13,645 bases of DNA from Candidatus Heimdallarchaeota archaeon (GCA_030668875.1 DAOVER010000070.1:1-13645); one strand, 5' to 3'. Positions 1 to 7,349 are shown, counted from the first letter of the stretch. Notes: a model not told the origin generated them from the sequence alone. Program-made: numbers and translations.

Positions 1-141
1 AACGCATTAAATTATATACTTATTCCAAAATTAAAGGCAGCTGCAACTTTTATTGCAAGCACACTTGAGGAACAAGAAAGAGAAACATTTTCTAGACTTA
101 AGAGAGTAAAAGCAATTTTGGAAGCAAAAAAGGAACAATAG
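1..141 (+). CDS. atpD: A/V-type ATP synthase subunit D, C-terminal part (5' end outside window)
   Basis: Not in the ORF track. Frame 1 translates to NALNYILIPKLKAAATFIASTLEEQERETFSRLKRVKAILEAKKEQ*, matching the conserved subunit D C-terminus (NAL..IP.L......L.E.ERE.F.RLK..K). Confidence 0.9.
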   Translation, partial: NALNYILIPKLKAAATFIASTLEEQERETFSRLKRVKAILEAKKEQ

Positions 142-150
142 TCAAAGAAA

Positions 151-162
151 TTTCCCTTTTTT
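151..162 (+). terminator. Possible oligo(T) terminator after atpD
   Basis: TTTCCCTTTTTT lies 10 bp after the atpD stop. Archaeal intrinsic terminators are T-rich tracts. Confidence 0.35.
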
Positions 163-167
163 CAATA

Positions 168-281
168 TGTTACATATCACAGTTCATCACTTTTTAAGCT
201 CAGATTGCTTTTTGCTTTGAGAATATGACTTTTAGGTTAAGAGTGTTACATATCACAGTTCATCACTTTTTAAGCTCAGAT
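168..281. repeat. Exact 38-bp direct repeat (168-205 and 244-281) separated by a 38-bp unique spacer (206-243)
   Basis: TGTTACATATCACAGTTCATCACTTTTTAAGCTCAGAT occurs twice, identical, with a period of 76 bp. The flanking bases differ on both sides. Confidence 0.95.
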
Positions 282-385
282 GTCATGGCAACAGTAATAG
301 AGTTTATTAAGCTAATATCGGTAATAAATAGACAGAGAAAGAAATAAAAGGATTCTAAATAATAGAATTTTCAAGAGGCAAAAAT

Positions 386-1306
386 ATGGCAATTACAGAT
401 TGGTTCGATAACGTATTTCCAGATACTATGGATTCAGGTCTTAAGATGTTAATATATCTACTAATAATATTTTTAGTTTTAAGTGCAATGGCAGTAGCCA
501 TTTCAACAAAGGTCTACAAGAAAAAAGACGCGCCAACTTTGCTAGACATGGATATGGAAACGGATCGGCCCGTGCCATCTGATATCGTTCCAGCAGAAAG
601 GATAGCTATTTTAAAAATTGAGAAAGCTAAGTTTTTAGCAGCACAACGTGCATTATCAGATGCTCACAAAAAGAAAGAAATAGGTGAAAACATATTCACA
701 CGATTATCTGTAAGATACACATCAGATGTAAAGAAAATTGAAGATGAAATTGAGAAAACTGCAAGAGAAGCAGAAGTATCCCAATTAGAACAAGAACTAA
801 AGAAAATGCAAGGGGATTATCTCAGTAAAATTAAGGGAGAAGAGAAAATAGAAACTCCTACCCCTATTCCAACAACTGCTCCCCCAGCTCCTCCAACCAA
901 ACCTGTAAAGGAAAAGAAGGTTAAGGAAAAGAAAGTTAAGAAGGAGAAAAAGGGAAAAAGAGTAACTGTTGCTCCTCCAACACCACCAATGCCAACCGCA
1001 CCCACACAAAGCGGCGTAGCACCACCAAGTCCGCCAATGCCACCATCAATTGGAAAAACTCCACCCCCAACAGCAATTCCAACACCACCAATGCCAACCG
1101 CACCTAAGTCTGGAGCAGGAGCACCCGCAATTCCAGCACCTAGTATGCCAACACCCAAACCACCGGCACCTTCAGTAGCACCATCCCCAGCCCAAGAAGG
1201 AGGGGAAGGGGATTTGTTCGCAAAGAGCACTTCAATTGCAGCACTGCGCAAAGAAATGTTGAAGGAATTAGATCGTCTTAAAAAATTCATGAGTGAACAA
1301 CAATAA
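386..1306 (+). CDS. Single-pass membrane protein: helical hairpin/coiled coil, Lys-rich patch, Pro-rich region, C-terminal amphipathic helix (function unknown)
   Basis: 306-aa ORF. Hydrophobic segment LKMLIYLLIIFLVLSAMAVAIS followed by KVYKKK (positive-inside), then KEKKVKEKKVKKEKKGKR, repeated PPxPPMP motifs and a terminal SIAALRKEMLKELDRLKKF helix. Confidence 0.85.
   Translation: MAITDWFDNVFPDTMDSGLKMLIYLLIIFLVLSAMAVAISTKVYKKKDAPTLLDMDMETDRPVPSDIVPAERIAILKIEKAKFLAAQRALSDAHKKKEIGENIFTRLSVRYTSDVKKIEDEIEKTAREAEVSQLEQELKKMQGDYLSKIKGEEKIETPTPIPTTAPPAPPTKPVKEKKVKEKKVKKEKKGKRVTVAPPTPPMPTAPTQSGVAPPSPPMPPSIGKTPPPTAIPTPPMPTAPKSGAGAPAIPAPSMPTPKPPAPSVAPSPAQEGGEGDLFAKSTSIAALRKEMLKELDRLKKFMSEQQ
976..1104 (+). 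repeat. Exact 27-bp intragenic repeat (976-1002 and 1078-1104) encoding PTPPMPTAP
   Basis: TCCAACACCACCAATGCCAACCGCACC is present twice, 102 bp apart and in frame. Confidence 0.9.
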
Positions 1307-1456
1307 TTTCACTTTTAGCATATTAAAAACGAGAGGAAATATTTCAAATTAAAACTCTCAACTCATTTCTATTTTATTTTCATTAACTGTCTTTCTTAAT
1401 ACAAAAGATTTTACAAGTAATTATTTCTAATGTTATTTAGAGTAAGTGATGTTGAA

Positions 1457-2155
1457 ATGACTGAGAAGATTGATAATTCGAAGATAAATGCAGCGGTAAG
1501 AGTTGCTAAAGAGTTCATCTATGATGATTTTACTGTTGGAATAGGAACGGGCAGCACTGTAAAATACTTCATTCAAGCTCTTTCTGAACTAGTTGACAAA
1601 GATGAATTAAACATCCTCTGTATTCCTTCATCCTTAGAAAGTCAGATTGAATTAGCGAAGGTAGGGTTACCAACAGGATCGTTGATTGAAGAACCAGAAT
1701 TGGACATTTATGTAGATGGAGCAGACATAATTACGAAGGATTTTGTACTTATAAAAGGTGTAGGTGGAGCTTTGACAATGGAAAAAATTATGGCACGAGC
1801 ATCCCAAGAATTTATTGTTATAGCAGATTACTCTAAATTTCTCCTAGAACTAAATAGCTTTCCTGTTCCAATTGAGGTGCTTCCTCAGACCATAAATACC
1901 ATAATTAGACCCATTTTTGATTTGGGTGGTGAATTTAAATTACGATATGGGGCAGGTAAAGTTGGACCAGTTATTTCTGATAATGGGAATGTAATTGGAG
2001 ACGTTCACTTCAAGGACATATATGATCCTTGTGTAATTGAAAAAAAATTAACATTAATCCCTGGAGTAGTTGAAAACGGCATTTTTCCAGATGATGCCGA
2101 TAGAATAGTTATTGGACACCCAACTTCCTCTGATGTAGTCTTCACGAGATCTTAA
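1457..2155 (+). CDS. rpiA: Ribose-5-phosphate isomerase A
   Basis: Motifs GIGTGST, DGAD, KGxGGAL..EK, PIEV, DNGN and GVVENGIF. Start placed at ATG 1457, downstream of an SD-like GTGAT, rather than at the ORF-track 1430. Confidence 0.93.
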   Translation: MTEKIDNSKINAAVRVAKEFIYDDFTVGIGTGSTVKYFIQALSELVDKDELNILCIPSSLESQIELAKVGLPTGSLIEEPELDIYVDGADIITKDFVLIKGVGGALTMEKIMARASQEFIVIADYSKFLLELNSFPVPIEVLPQTINTIIRPIFDLGGEFKLRYGAGKVGPVISDNGNVIGDVHFKDIYDPCVIEKKLTLIPGVVENGIFPDDADRIVIGHPTSSDVVFTRS

Positions 2156-2164
2156 AAGGAAGAA

Positions 2165-3985
2165 TCATAAAATTGCGCTGATTGTCGCTCCTTTATTGTA
2201 AGCTGCAGATAACGCTCTTCCGGTTTCGGTATCTTTTGCGACACTGATTTCTCCAGATTTTCCTACAGTTAATTGAAACATAACCTCACCATTTATTGCT
2301 ATTAAAACATCTTCACCAATACATGTTGAAGGGAAAGTTATATTCATCTTACTCTTTGTAGGATAAACATCCAATATATATTCTGCTTCTTCGTTTTCAT
2401 CTTTCTCTCCATAAGTTTTCACATCTATTGACAAACCAAGCTTTTGCTCTATTTCATCAATCCTTTTTCCATTTTTTCCTATTACACGTGGTTTATCTTT
2501 ATCTGAAACGAAGAGTGATAATGAATTTGGGGGTTCGAATTTATAATTAAAATCATAAATGGAATATTTTTTTAGCACTTTTTGTAATCTTGCAGGTGTT
2601 ACAGCAGCGATGGGTTTCCCACTTGCTGAACGTTTTGGAGATTTATTAATTGGGGAAACAACTATTTGCTCACCAAAAGTGTAAATTTCATATTCTAGTT
2701 TATTTGTGAGGAAATCCTTTACGAGAATCACTGGTCTGCTTAGATCCTTTTCTGTCATGCCTGTTGGCACTTTAACAGTCATAGTAAGTGTGTAAGTTTT
2801 TGCAACTTCTCCTTTTGCAATGAAAATAATGGTGTCAACAATAGAAGGGATAATACCTAAGTCTACTCGTTTAATAAATCTCTGGATGCCATCTATTGCT
2901 TGTGTTGCATGAACTACACCCAACAGACCGATACCAGCTAAACGCAAATCTGAATAAGTTTCAAAATCTCTTGTCTTTCTTAATTCATCGTAAATAACAT
3001 AATCAGGACGCATTAGAAGAACCAAATCTGCAGAAGCAGAGATGTCTCCATCAAAACCAGACATTTGTGTAATTCTATTATCAACTTGTAAATCTCTAGG
3101 ATTTTCAAATGTTTTTACAATCTTGCCTTTATCAGCATAAAACTCAGCAACAGCTGTAGCAAATGTACTTTTTCCAGCACCAGGAGATCCAGCAATAATA
3201 ATTCCTTCAGCTTTTTTCTCAATTCTTTCGAGCAATTTATAATCCAATTTATAATCTCTTAGTGTTAGTTTTAGAATTGGTCTTACTGCTGTTATTTCCA
3301 TTGCATCACTAAAGGGAGGACGAATAATCACAATTCTGGTATTCTTTAGTTGAATAACAGAAGTACCAAATCTGTCAGATTCTATGAAACTATCCTCTTC
3401 TCTAGTTGCTCTCTCTATAACATCTTTAGCTAGTTCTTCGAGATATTCTCGAGTAAGAATCTCCTCATCTGATAATGTAACTAACTCAAAATTTCCGGGT
3501 TTTCCCTTTTTTCCTAATGGAGGATTATTCTCACGTAAATGAATCGACATCGTTTGTTCATCAAAGTAATCTTCAATTTTCTTACCTATACTTCTAGCAG
3601 CTTGTTTAAGGTATACTACAACAAGCCCTTCAGCCTTCCCAATTTCTGCCATCACTCTATCAGAAGTAACTAATATAGATTGATGCTCTTGTGCTAATTC
3701 TCTAATCTGTGCATCTAATTCTCCTGCAGGAGCTCCTCGTATCTGATTGCCTGTTGGTCTATACCCGTCAATAAGTATATTATAACCGTTCTTTGCACAA
3801 ATATCTCTCATCAATTGCAATTCTTCTAATGCAGCCATCCCTGTTGTTTTTGCTTGATTGGCCATATTTTCTATTTCAGCTAAAACAACACGAGAAAGGA
3901 CGATTGTCTCAACATCTTTTTGTGTTGAAAGATATTTCAAAAACTGACCATTTATTATTACACTTGTATCAGGTGTGTATTTCAT
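2165..3985 (-). CDS. pinA: PINc/VapC-family ATPase PINA (PIN domain + P-loop ATPase + KH domain)
   Basis: N-terminal PIN signature (PDTSVII...E), Walker A GSPGAGKST, RPDYVIYDELRK, GVVHAT and KH motif VIGKNGKRIDEIEQKLG. Length is 606 aa. Confidence 0.93.
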   Translation of the reverse strand: MKYTPDTSVIINGQFLKYLSTQKDVETIVLSRVVLAEIENMANQAKTTGMAALEELQLMRDICAKNGYNILIDGYRPTGNQIRGAPAGELDAQIRELAQEHQSILVTSDRVMAEIGKAEGLVVVYLKQAARSIGKKIEDYFDEQTMSIHLRENNPPLGKKGKPGNFELVTLSDEEILTREYLEELAKDVIERATREEDSFIESDRFGTSVIQLKNTRIVIIRPPFSDAMEITAVRPILKLTLRDYKLDYKLLERIEKKAEGIIIAGSPGAGKSTFATAVAEFYADKGKIVKTFENPRDLQVDNRITQMSGFDGDISASADLVLLMRPDYVIYDELRKTRDFETYSDLRLAGIGLLGVVHATQAIDGIQRFIKRVDLGIIPSIVDTIIFIAKGEVAKTYTLTMTVKVPTGMTEKDLSRPVILVKDFLTNKLEYEIYTFGEQIVVSPINKSPKRSASGKPIAAVTPARLQKVLKKYSIYDFNYKFEPPNSLSLFVSDKDKPRVIGKNGKRIDEIEQKLGLSIDVKTYGEKDENEEAEYILDVYPTKSKMNITFPSTCIGEDVLIAINGEVMFQLTVGKSGEISVAKDTETGRALSAAYNKGATISAIL

Positions 3986-3989
3986 TACT

Positions 3990-4538
3990 TCAAATCTCCT
4001 TTTGTTCTGTAAGATCGGGGAACTCTAACTCACTTACACTGTAATATGAAACATCACCTAAACTGTCAATCACAGCAAAAATCAATTGCTTACTAATTGA
4101 TTTTGATTCAGAGACAATTTGATCAATACCATCAATGTCAAACAGAACTCCTTCTACCATAGGTACAACCAATGCCAAATGAATTGCATTATTAGGAGTT
4201 GCACCTCTTTCGTAAAGTTCAAAGTATTTGCCGTTCTTAGAGTTTCTTTTAATGACGTATCCTCTTCCACGTAAGTCTTTGTAGAGAAGGTAATGGATAA
4301 GAAAATTTGGGATGTTACTTGAAAAAAATGCTACTACTTCAGACAAAGAAAGAACATTACTATCAGATTCTACAACTTCAATTCTACCTCTTTCCAGTAG
4401 GATCACTGTTTCATAGGGATCTAATTTTAGATGATTCTTGTTTGTATAGTGACCATACCAACCTTGACTGTATAGAGAATTACCTTCTTTCTCTTCAACT
4501 AATGCAAAGTCTTTGTTCAATTTGGCTAGTAGTACCAT
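3990..4538 (-). CDS. endA: tRNA-splicing endonuclease (EndA) family subunit, possibly non-catalytic/structural
   Basis: L..YE...L.ERG N-terminal domain, YKDLRGRGYVIK, LYERG, and AVIDSLGDVSYY C-terminus. The canonical KYG/KFG position reads KNG. Confidence 0.88.
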   Translation of the reverse strand: MVLLAKLNKDFALVEEKEGNSLYSQGWYGHYTNKNHLKLDPYETVILLERGRIEVVESDSNVLSLSEVVAFFSSNIPNFLIHYLLYKDLRGRGYVIKRNSKNGKYFELYERGATPNNAIHLALVVPMVEGVLFDIDGIDQIVSESKSISKQLIFAVIDSLGDVSYYSVSELEFPDLTEQKEI

Positions 4539-4604
4539 TTTCCTCTAGTAATATGAAAGAGAGGATAATATTAAAAATTGACGTTAAAAGATATTTTAGA
4601 TTTG

Positions 4605-5441
4605 ATGAAATTCAAAGAGAAACTTCAAGAATCACTAAAGGGGACAATACCCAAAGATTTACTGAAAAAACTACCGTCTGGGTATTCTGTTATTGGAGAG
4701 ATTGCAGTTTTTAGACATCTAAATCCGAAGATAAGTGCCTACAAGAGAACTATAGGGGAGCATTTAATCTCAATTGATCCTCAAGTCAAGATAGTTGTAG
4801 AGCAATTAGATACTGTTTCATCTTATCGAAAACCAGTCATAGAACACGTTGCTGGGGAAAAAAGAACGCAGACTATCCACAAAGAATTCAATACTATTTT
4901 CAATATAGATTTAGTAATGGTCACATTTTCTTCAGGAAATAAAAATGAAAGAAATCATTTAGTTCAAACAGTGAGTGATAACGAAGTTATTTGTGATATG
5001 TTTGCTTGTATTGGAAACTTATCCTTACCCATTGTTGTGAATAAACCGTCGGTCAGAATTTATGGTGTTGAATGGAATCAAAGAGCGTTTGATTTTCTAA
5101 AACAAAATATTGAGGCAAACAAAGTAGATGAAAGATATTTTCCAATCTATGGAGATAATAGAAAGAGTACACCGAAAAACTTTGCAACTAGGGTACTAAT
5201 GGGTTACTTTGATATTGATTGTAATCAGTTTCGATGTGCCTTAGAAGCAATAGAAAATCAAGGATGGATACACTATCACAGCATAGCTCCTCGAGGTAAT
5301 TTAGAACAACCACAAGAGATTATTGAACAAGCTAGAAACGAATCTGGATATAAAATTGAGGTAAAAGAGATTAGGCAAATTAAGAAATATTCTCCAAGAT
5401 TAAATCATTTATGTTCAGATATCTTTGTTGAGAAATATTAG
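4605..5441 (+). CDS. taw2: tRNA wyosine-pathway aminocarboxypropyltransferase Taw2 (Trm5/TYW2 family, SAM-dependent)
   Basis: DMFACIGNLSLPI SAM-binding motif, RVLMGY, GWIHYH and KKYSP..HL. These features resemble archaeal Taw2 rather than Trm5b. Start placed at ATG 4605. Confidence 0.8.
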   Translation: MKFKEKLQESLKGTIPKDLLKKLPSGYSVIGEIAVFRHLNPKISAYKRTIGEHLISIDPQVKIVVEQLDTVSSYRKPVIEHVAGEKRTQTIHKEFNTIFNIDLVMVTFSSGNKNERNHLVQTVSDNEVICDMFACIGNLSLPIVVNKPSVRIYGVEWNQRAFDFLKQNIEANKVDERYFPIYGDNRKSTPKNFATRVLMGYFDIDCNQFRCALEAIENQGWIHYHSIAPRGNLEQPQEIIEQARNESGYKIEVKEIRQIKKYSPRLNHLCSDIFVEKY

Positions 5442-5499
5442 AAATAGCGATTTCTTGCCAATGACAATTTTTATTACTACTACAAACAATCTACATAAC

Positions 5500-5988
5500 A
5501 TGCCTAGATTGGAAAAACCAACGCTTTACGACATAAGGCAATTAAAAGGAATAGCCGATTTTCAATTTGGTAAGGGTTCAGGCGATATTCTATTTCCTAA
5601 AGATATAATGGTCGAACGTTCAAGGGGTACAAAAAGGATAAAAATTGCTTATCTAAATGGGGACAGATTATGTTCTTTTCGTGTTCGTGATGGTTTTCTT
5701 ATACTTTCCATCTCAGGGGGAGAAAAATTACATAAAAACAAACTAGGGTTGAGAGTAAAGATAATTGAAGACGTAGAACCTTACATAAGAAAAGGCAAGT
5801 CTGTTTTTGCAAAACACGTTTTAGAAGCTGATGAAAAAATATCCTCCAAGGAAGAGGTACTAATTGTTAATCCTCAAGATGAATTCCTTGGAATCGGAAC
5901 TGCAAAAATACCCGGAAAATTAATGCTACAAATGAATAGTGGTGTTGCTGTAGATACAAGAAAAGGAATAGGGGAAAAAAATAGATAA
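5500..5988 (+). CDS. PUA-domain protein (stand-alone archaeosine tRNA-guanine transglycosylase C-terminal C2/PUA-like module)
   Basis: IADFQFGKG..LF, R..DGFLILS..G, GKSVFAKHV..AD..I...EEVLIVN and GVAVDTRKG. The start is ambiguous (5461 or 5500). Confidence 0.85.
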   Translation: MPRLEKPTLYDIRQLKGIADFQFGKGSGDILFPKDIMVERSRGTKRIKIAYLNGDRLCSFRVRDGFLILSISGGEKLHKNKLGLRVKIIEDVEPYIRKGKSVFAKHVLEADEKISSKEEVLIVNPQDEFLGIGTAKIPGKLMLQMNSGVAVDTRKGIGEKNR

Positions 5989-5989
5989 T

Positions 5990-6367
5990 TTATTTCTTTG
6001 TTTTTAGTTTTACAATGGCTCCAGCTAAATCGCCGTTTTCTTCTTCTAGAGCTTCACGAACTTCTTCCTCCGATGCTCCTGTTTGCGCCATAACTAGTTC
6101 TACATCTGCTTCGTTGATACTAACACCGGCTACTGCACCAGATTCGCTACCTAGAGGACGATCAATGCCAGGTCCTACAACTTGCCATGTATCTGAATCC
6201 ACCATACCAGGGATAAAAGCTTTCATAACAGACGGAGTATAGATTACTGTCTCTTTGTCTGCAAAGCGAATAATTACTTCTTCTACACCTTCTAATTGAA
6301 TTTGTCTCATCCTCGCTTGCATTCTTTTAGCCTCACGAGGCGACATAGGTCTTTTTCCACCCTTCAT
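5990..6367 (-). CDS. nac: Nascent polypeptide-associated complex protein (archaeal NAC with C-terminal UBA domain)
   Basis: VEEVIIR...P.V...WQVVG NAC domain and DVELVMAQTGASEEEVREALEEENGDLAGAIVKL UBA domain. A GGTGA SD lies upstream. Confidence 0.95.
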   Translation of the reverse strand: MKGGKRPMSPREAKRMQARMRQIQLEGVEEVIIRFADKETVIYTPSVMKAFIPGMVDSDTWQVVGPGIDRPLGSESGAVAGVSINEADVELVMAQTGASEEEVREALEEENGDLAGAIVKLKTKK

Positions 6368-6386
6368 ATATATTCACCATTATTGT

Positions 6387-6635
6387 TTAATTTTCAATTA
6401 TTTGTTCTGATATATCTTCCTTAGGAGCTCGATTCTTTAGAAAATTGAAACCAATCCATACGGTTAACATTGTTAAAACAAAGATTGTAATAAATAGCAC
6501 AATTGCTATAGCCATATAGGCTTCGAACAGAAACTCTTCATCTAATAACGGAAGGATAATGGTCCATATAAACATAAAAACCATCACACCTAAAGAGCCG
6601 ATAATCATTACCACTCCAACAAATTTGTCATTCAT
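6387..6635 (-). CDS. Small two-TM membrane protein, DPM2-like
   Basis: 82 aa with two hydrophobic helices. The pattern D..VG......S......W.I.LP..D....AY..AI resembles eukaryotic DPM2 as recalled. A GAGGT SD lies upstream. Confidence 0.55.
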   Translation of the reverse strand: MNDKFVGVVMIIGSLGVMVFMFIWTIILPLLDEEFLFEAYMAIAIVLFITIFVLTMLTVWIGFNFLKNRAPKEDISEQIIEN

Positions 6636-6679
6636 TGGTTTTACCTCTATTGAATATAGAAAACTAAGTATATAGTTTT

Positions 6680-7009
6680 TTACATTTCGATGTCAATACC
6701 TAAAGCCATCTTGATTAATGCACGAACTTTATCCTCGGCACTATCATATTTTGCTTTCTTTCCAGGGACTTCAACGATAACAGGGTAGGGATGAATGCTT
6801 ATTCTTCTTATAACATCAACATTTGCTTTTGCTACTTCTTCAGTTATAATCAGAACGGCTAACTCAGGATCATCTGCAAGAGAACGCAAAATAGAACCAG
6901 ATTTGTCAGGTTCTTCGGTGTACACCTCTGATATTCCAGCTAATTTAAAGCCCATAGATGTTTCTTCATCGCCTACACTTGCGATTTTTGTTCTTTGAGG
7001 AGTACTCAT
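6680..7009 (-). CDS. atpF: A/V-type ATP synthase subunit F
   Basis: KIASVGDEETSMGFKLAGI, LAVLIITEEVA and YPVIVEVPGK motifs. ATG at 7009 is preceded by a GGTGAT SD (7014-7019). Confidence 0.93.
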   Translation of the reverse strand: MSTPQRTKIASVGDEETSMGFKLAGISEVYTEEPDKSGSILRSLADDPELAVLIITEEVAKANVDVIRRISIHPYPVIVEVPGKKAKYDSAEDKVRALIKMALGIDIEM

Positions 7010-7028
7010 TGGAATCACCGCCAATATT

Positions 7029-7349
7029 TTACATTACTTCTTCTAGGATGAAGTCGATTGCTTTTTTCTCTTGTTTTTTTGCTTTAGCCTTTAACTCATT
7101 TTGTTCTTCTTCGTATGAATTAAGCATTTTGACATATTCCTTTTCGACTCTATCTTTTACACCAGACAAAATTTTAGTAGCTTTCTCTTTAGCTTGAATT
7201 TCAGTATCTCGAATTTTCAAAACTGCTTTCTTCTCTGCTTCCATCAAAGCATTCTGTTTAGCTGTTTCGGCTTTTTTGATATTTTGTTCGCACTCTCTTT
7301 CTGTTTCTCTTATAGTTTTTAGAAAGTCAACGCTCATAGTAAAGACCAT
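7029..7349 (-). CDS. atpH: A/V-type ATP synthase peripheral stalk subunit H (G)
   Basis: 106-aa charged coiled coil (L..IRETE.E.E..I..A...A....A....A) ending in the typical KKAIDFILEEV. It lies directly upstream of atpF. Confidence 0.75.
   Translation of the reverse strand: MVFTMSVDFLKTIRETERECEQNIKKAETAKQNALMEAEKKAVLKIRDTEIQAKEKATKILSGVKDRVEKEYVKMLNSYEEEQNELKAKAKKQEKKAIDFILEEVM

Noticed and set aside
168-281. Calling the 38-bp repeat pair a bona fide CRISPR array
   Set aside because: There are only two repeats, no palindromic stem, no typical GAAA(C/G) terminus and no cas genes in the window. It is kept as a repeat and a finding.
797-1290. Minus-strand ORFs 797..1009 and 817..1290 (Gly/Ala/Val-rich)
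   Set aside because: Antisense shadows of the Pro-rich gene; CCN codons read as GG-rich codons on the opposite strand.
2532-2540. GGTTCGAAT resembling a tRNA T-loop
   Set aside because: It lies inside pinA and no cloverleaf stems surround it. No tRNA or rRNA gene was recognised anywhere in the window.
3793-4714. Plus-strand ORFs 3793..4044 and 4307..4714
   Set aside because: They overlap pinA, endA and taw2 in other frames or strands and have no recognisable motifs.
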